Assembly (NCBI GenBank): GCA_003194425.1 | Contig: PQXB01000001.1 | Location: 790,444-822,443, forward strand | Length of the DNA stretch: 32,000 bases | Reading direction: 5' to 3' | From: Candidatus Methanophagaceae archaeon | Lineage (GTDB): Archaea; Halobacteriota; Syntropharchaeia; Alkanophagales; Methanospirareceae | In this document: positions 29,864 to 32,000 of the stretch, piece after piece | Numbering within the stretch: position 1 is the first letter of the stretch | How the letters are laid out: each line of letters begins with the position of its first letter | The notes under the pieces: generated by a model | Databases searched by the model: none | What the model was told of the DNA's origin: nothing | Seen by the model: only the letters and a program-made list of their open reading frames with translations | Position numbers and translations under genes: made by a program

Positions 29864-31689
29864 CTAACAACCATTGTATAAATTATAGTACTCCTCCATC
29901 TTTTTCTCGAACAATAACACATAATAAATCTCCAAAGTCTTGTCTTTAAATATAGATTCAGTAATTAGATATTCCCAATCACAATTGGATAATAATTCCT
30001 TGATATAATCTTCGTCTCGTGAATCAATTTTAGATTCTGATTTTGTTTTTTGGTTTGGAGAAATATGTCTAACTATAGATTCAAATAAGGATCCAAATGG
30101 ATGCTTTCTATCTACTCTATATTTATAAAAAAATTTTTCTATTGTTTTACCTGTATTTTCTATTGGAACTTTACGGAAGTAACTATCTTTCTTGTTCAGA
30201 TCGTAATTGAGTTTGGCGTTGAATTTCGTTGAATAGTCTATTGAAAGAGCATAATTAAAAAAATCATTTTCATAAAAAGGAGATAAGAAATATTCATTAT
30301 AATTCCTACCAACATAGCAATGATCATTCATATAACCATATATTCGATTTTCTATGACATAACGCTCAAATTGTTTTATATTATCTGTTGAATCATATTT
30401 TCCTTTAATTGTTTCATAATTATACTCAATTTCCCTCTTGATGTTGTTTACTATATTTAAAGGCCAATTAAGGCGATTTATCTTTGAGATGTAATAGTCG
30501 CTTGGCTTAACCATAGATGAAAACGTTCTCAAAAGGAATAATGTAATTTCATTAGGTAGAAAGTTAGAACTAATTAGCTCCATCTTCCTAAAAATATTTT
30601 TAGAGCCACCAATTAAAAAATCAAGTTTTGTAGCTGCCATAATTGTATCACCAACTGTACCTTCTGTGAAGATACTGGAGGGATCAAAAGATTTATGAAA
30701 ATCAACTAAATGAAGGTCTCCTTGTAATCTTTTTGTTTCTTGTATATCTATAAGTTGCTCATATTTCTCGGTCAGTTTTTTGAAATTTTTCTCCTTTTGT
30801 TTTTCTCGCCCTATGAGTTTTATTTCTACATTTGGATAATTTTTTTTGAGAGCATTGATTAGATGCCCCGCATGATCCTCAGTCGTGTGTGTATAAGTAG
30901 TAACTTTTAAGCTTTTTCTTAATAAATGAGCTAATAAATAGCTTGAATCCGTTCCTCCAGAGAAGCATAGAGATATTTTATATCTTTTATTTACTGGATT
31001 AAGCACTTTATCAATTGCATTTAGAAATAAATCCTCAATGTCTTCAAGATACGTTTTGTAATCCACGATTTTATTATCGATGTGGGGTTTATAAAATTTG
31101 TGAGTAAGTTTGTTGTTTTTTGGATTAAATGTATATATTGATAAATTATCTAATTATAGATCGTTTTCCTATTAAGAGTATGTTCAAGACTTAATAATTC
31201 TGCAATTGCCTCTTTACTGAGACTTATATGATTTTCCTTGGCTACTGGGAAAATAAATTTTATGGCTGGTGCCACACAAAAAATATTTCTGGATCTGTGG
31301 TAGTAAAGATCAAAGAGCGTATGGTAAGGTGTTATTATCTGCACAAGTTTCGGAGTTTTAATTACAATATTACCAAAGAAAGGTATTGTCTCAACGAAAT
31401 TTATTCCGTATTTATTATATAATTTTCCTATAAATTTTGCGCCATCATTAATCTCTTTGTCTTTACCTAAAATATAATCATCAAAAAAGATATGTGTGTT
31501 TTCTATTTTTGCATATGGAGTTGGATAAACACCCCAATTGATTAAACCACATAATTCTTTTTTAGAATATTGTTCAAAAATTTGACATTTTGGTTTCCTT
31601 TTTAATACATCTTTTAGAACTTTTTTGATGTATGTTTCTATTTCTTCCGCGTTTACATTGTTATAATAAAAAAGGCCTATATTGCTCAT
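29864..31689 (-). pseudogene. Asparagine-synthase-like (AsnB family) gene split by a 1-nt frame change. The N-terminal amidotransferase-like domain lacks the catalytic Cys.
   Basis: ORF 31150..31689 starts at ATG 31689 with GAGGTGA upstream and begins MSNIGLF, not MCG. It ends ...LNRKTIYN-TAG. The -1 frame is open from 31153 (LDNLSIYTFNPKNNKLTHKFYKPHIDNKIVDYKTY...) and runs into ORF 29864..31066, which carries the PP-loop SLCFSGGTDSS. Together these reproduce the AsnB interdomain region. Confidence 0.5.
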
Positions 31690-32000
31690 TCTTTCACCTC
31701 TCTCTGTTGAATATACCACCTATAATAACTCCATCGAGTAATGGAACAAACTGCGCAGCTTATAAAACTTACCCACGCAGCACCCATTGCTCCATATGCC
31801 GGTACTAAAAGAATATTCCCCATCAGATTTGATATACCCATAATAAAACTTGTATTTCGTAACTCAGTGCCCCGGGTGTGGGCGCTTAAAAAATTATTAT
31901 GTGGTAAAGTCAACCCAGAAACTAACCCAGCCAATGCAAGAGGCAATATCAAAGGAACAGTCGGCAAAAAGTTTTCGGTAAATAGCAAAACCACGATAAA
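31686..32000 (-). CDS. Wzx-like polysaccharide/oligosaccharide flippase, C-terminal part (5' end outside the window)
   Basis: Hydrophobic C-terminus ...NLMGNILLVPAYGAMGAAWVSFISCAVCSI... is typical of flippase C-terminal domains. Its TGA stop overlaps the ATG of the AsnB-like gene (ATGA overlap at 31686-31689). Confidence 0.55.
   Translation of the reverse strand, partial: FIVVLLFTENFLPTVPLILPLALAGLVSGLTLPHNNFLSAHTRGTELRNTSFIMGISNLMGNILLVPAYGAMGAAWVSFISCAVCSITRWSYYRWYIQQREVKE

Noticed and set aside
31145-31160. Programmed -1 ribosomal frameshift in the AsnB-like gene
   Set aside because: No X XXY YYZ slippery heptamer and no obvious downstream structure are present. A simple 1-nt indel in a decaying island, or a sequencing error in an A/T run, is more parsimonious.

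Overview
This looks like an archaeal (euryarchaeal-type) chromosomal segment. The calls supporting that are TFB, A-type ATPase subunit C, a CetZ-type tubulin, archaeal SecF, an M42/TET peptidase, ThyX, a class II HMG-CoA reductase (the type known in Archaeoglobales and Thermoplasmatales), MoaE and one tRNA-Ser(CGA). Positions 1-28030 are densely packed core genes of moderate-to-high GC. From about 28030 to the window end the sequence becomes visibly A/T-rich. That stretch holds a decaying polysaccharide-biosynthesis island: a truncated GT4, a CapK-like fragment, a broken methyltransferase, a frameshifted AsnB-like gene and a Wzx-like flippase.

The most unusual signals are not single genes:
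- About 25 perfect or near-perfect short tandem duplications (6-61 bp) are scattered over the window. Inside intact CDSs every period is a multiple of 3. Seven periods that are not multiples of 3 (13, 14, 16, 17, 19, 22, 23 bp) lie between genes or at gene ends, and an eighth (61 bp) lies in a pseudogene.
- Sense-strand purine-rich tracts form G/E/K/R/T-rich inserts in more than half of the otherwise conserved proteins.
- A co-directional four-gene cassette is built around a CetZ tubulin and includes a PRC-barrel protein. I rate this the best candidate for an undescribed system.
- A RelE-type toxin-antitoxin cassette is bracketed by 21-bp perfect direct repeats.
- A possible Redbeta/RecT-like annealing-domain protein sits in a non-viral context.
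- A radical-SAM/SPASM gene is translationally linked to a polar-lipid operon.
- A 1014-aa protein fuses GltD-like, ferredoxin and HdrD-like domains.

All calls rest on manual reading and remembered family motifs. No database search was run.
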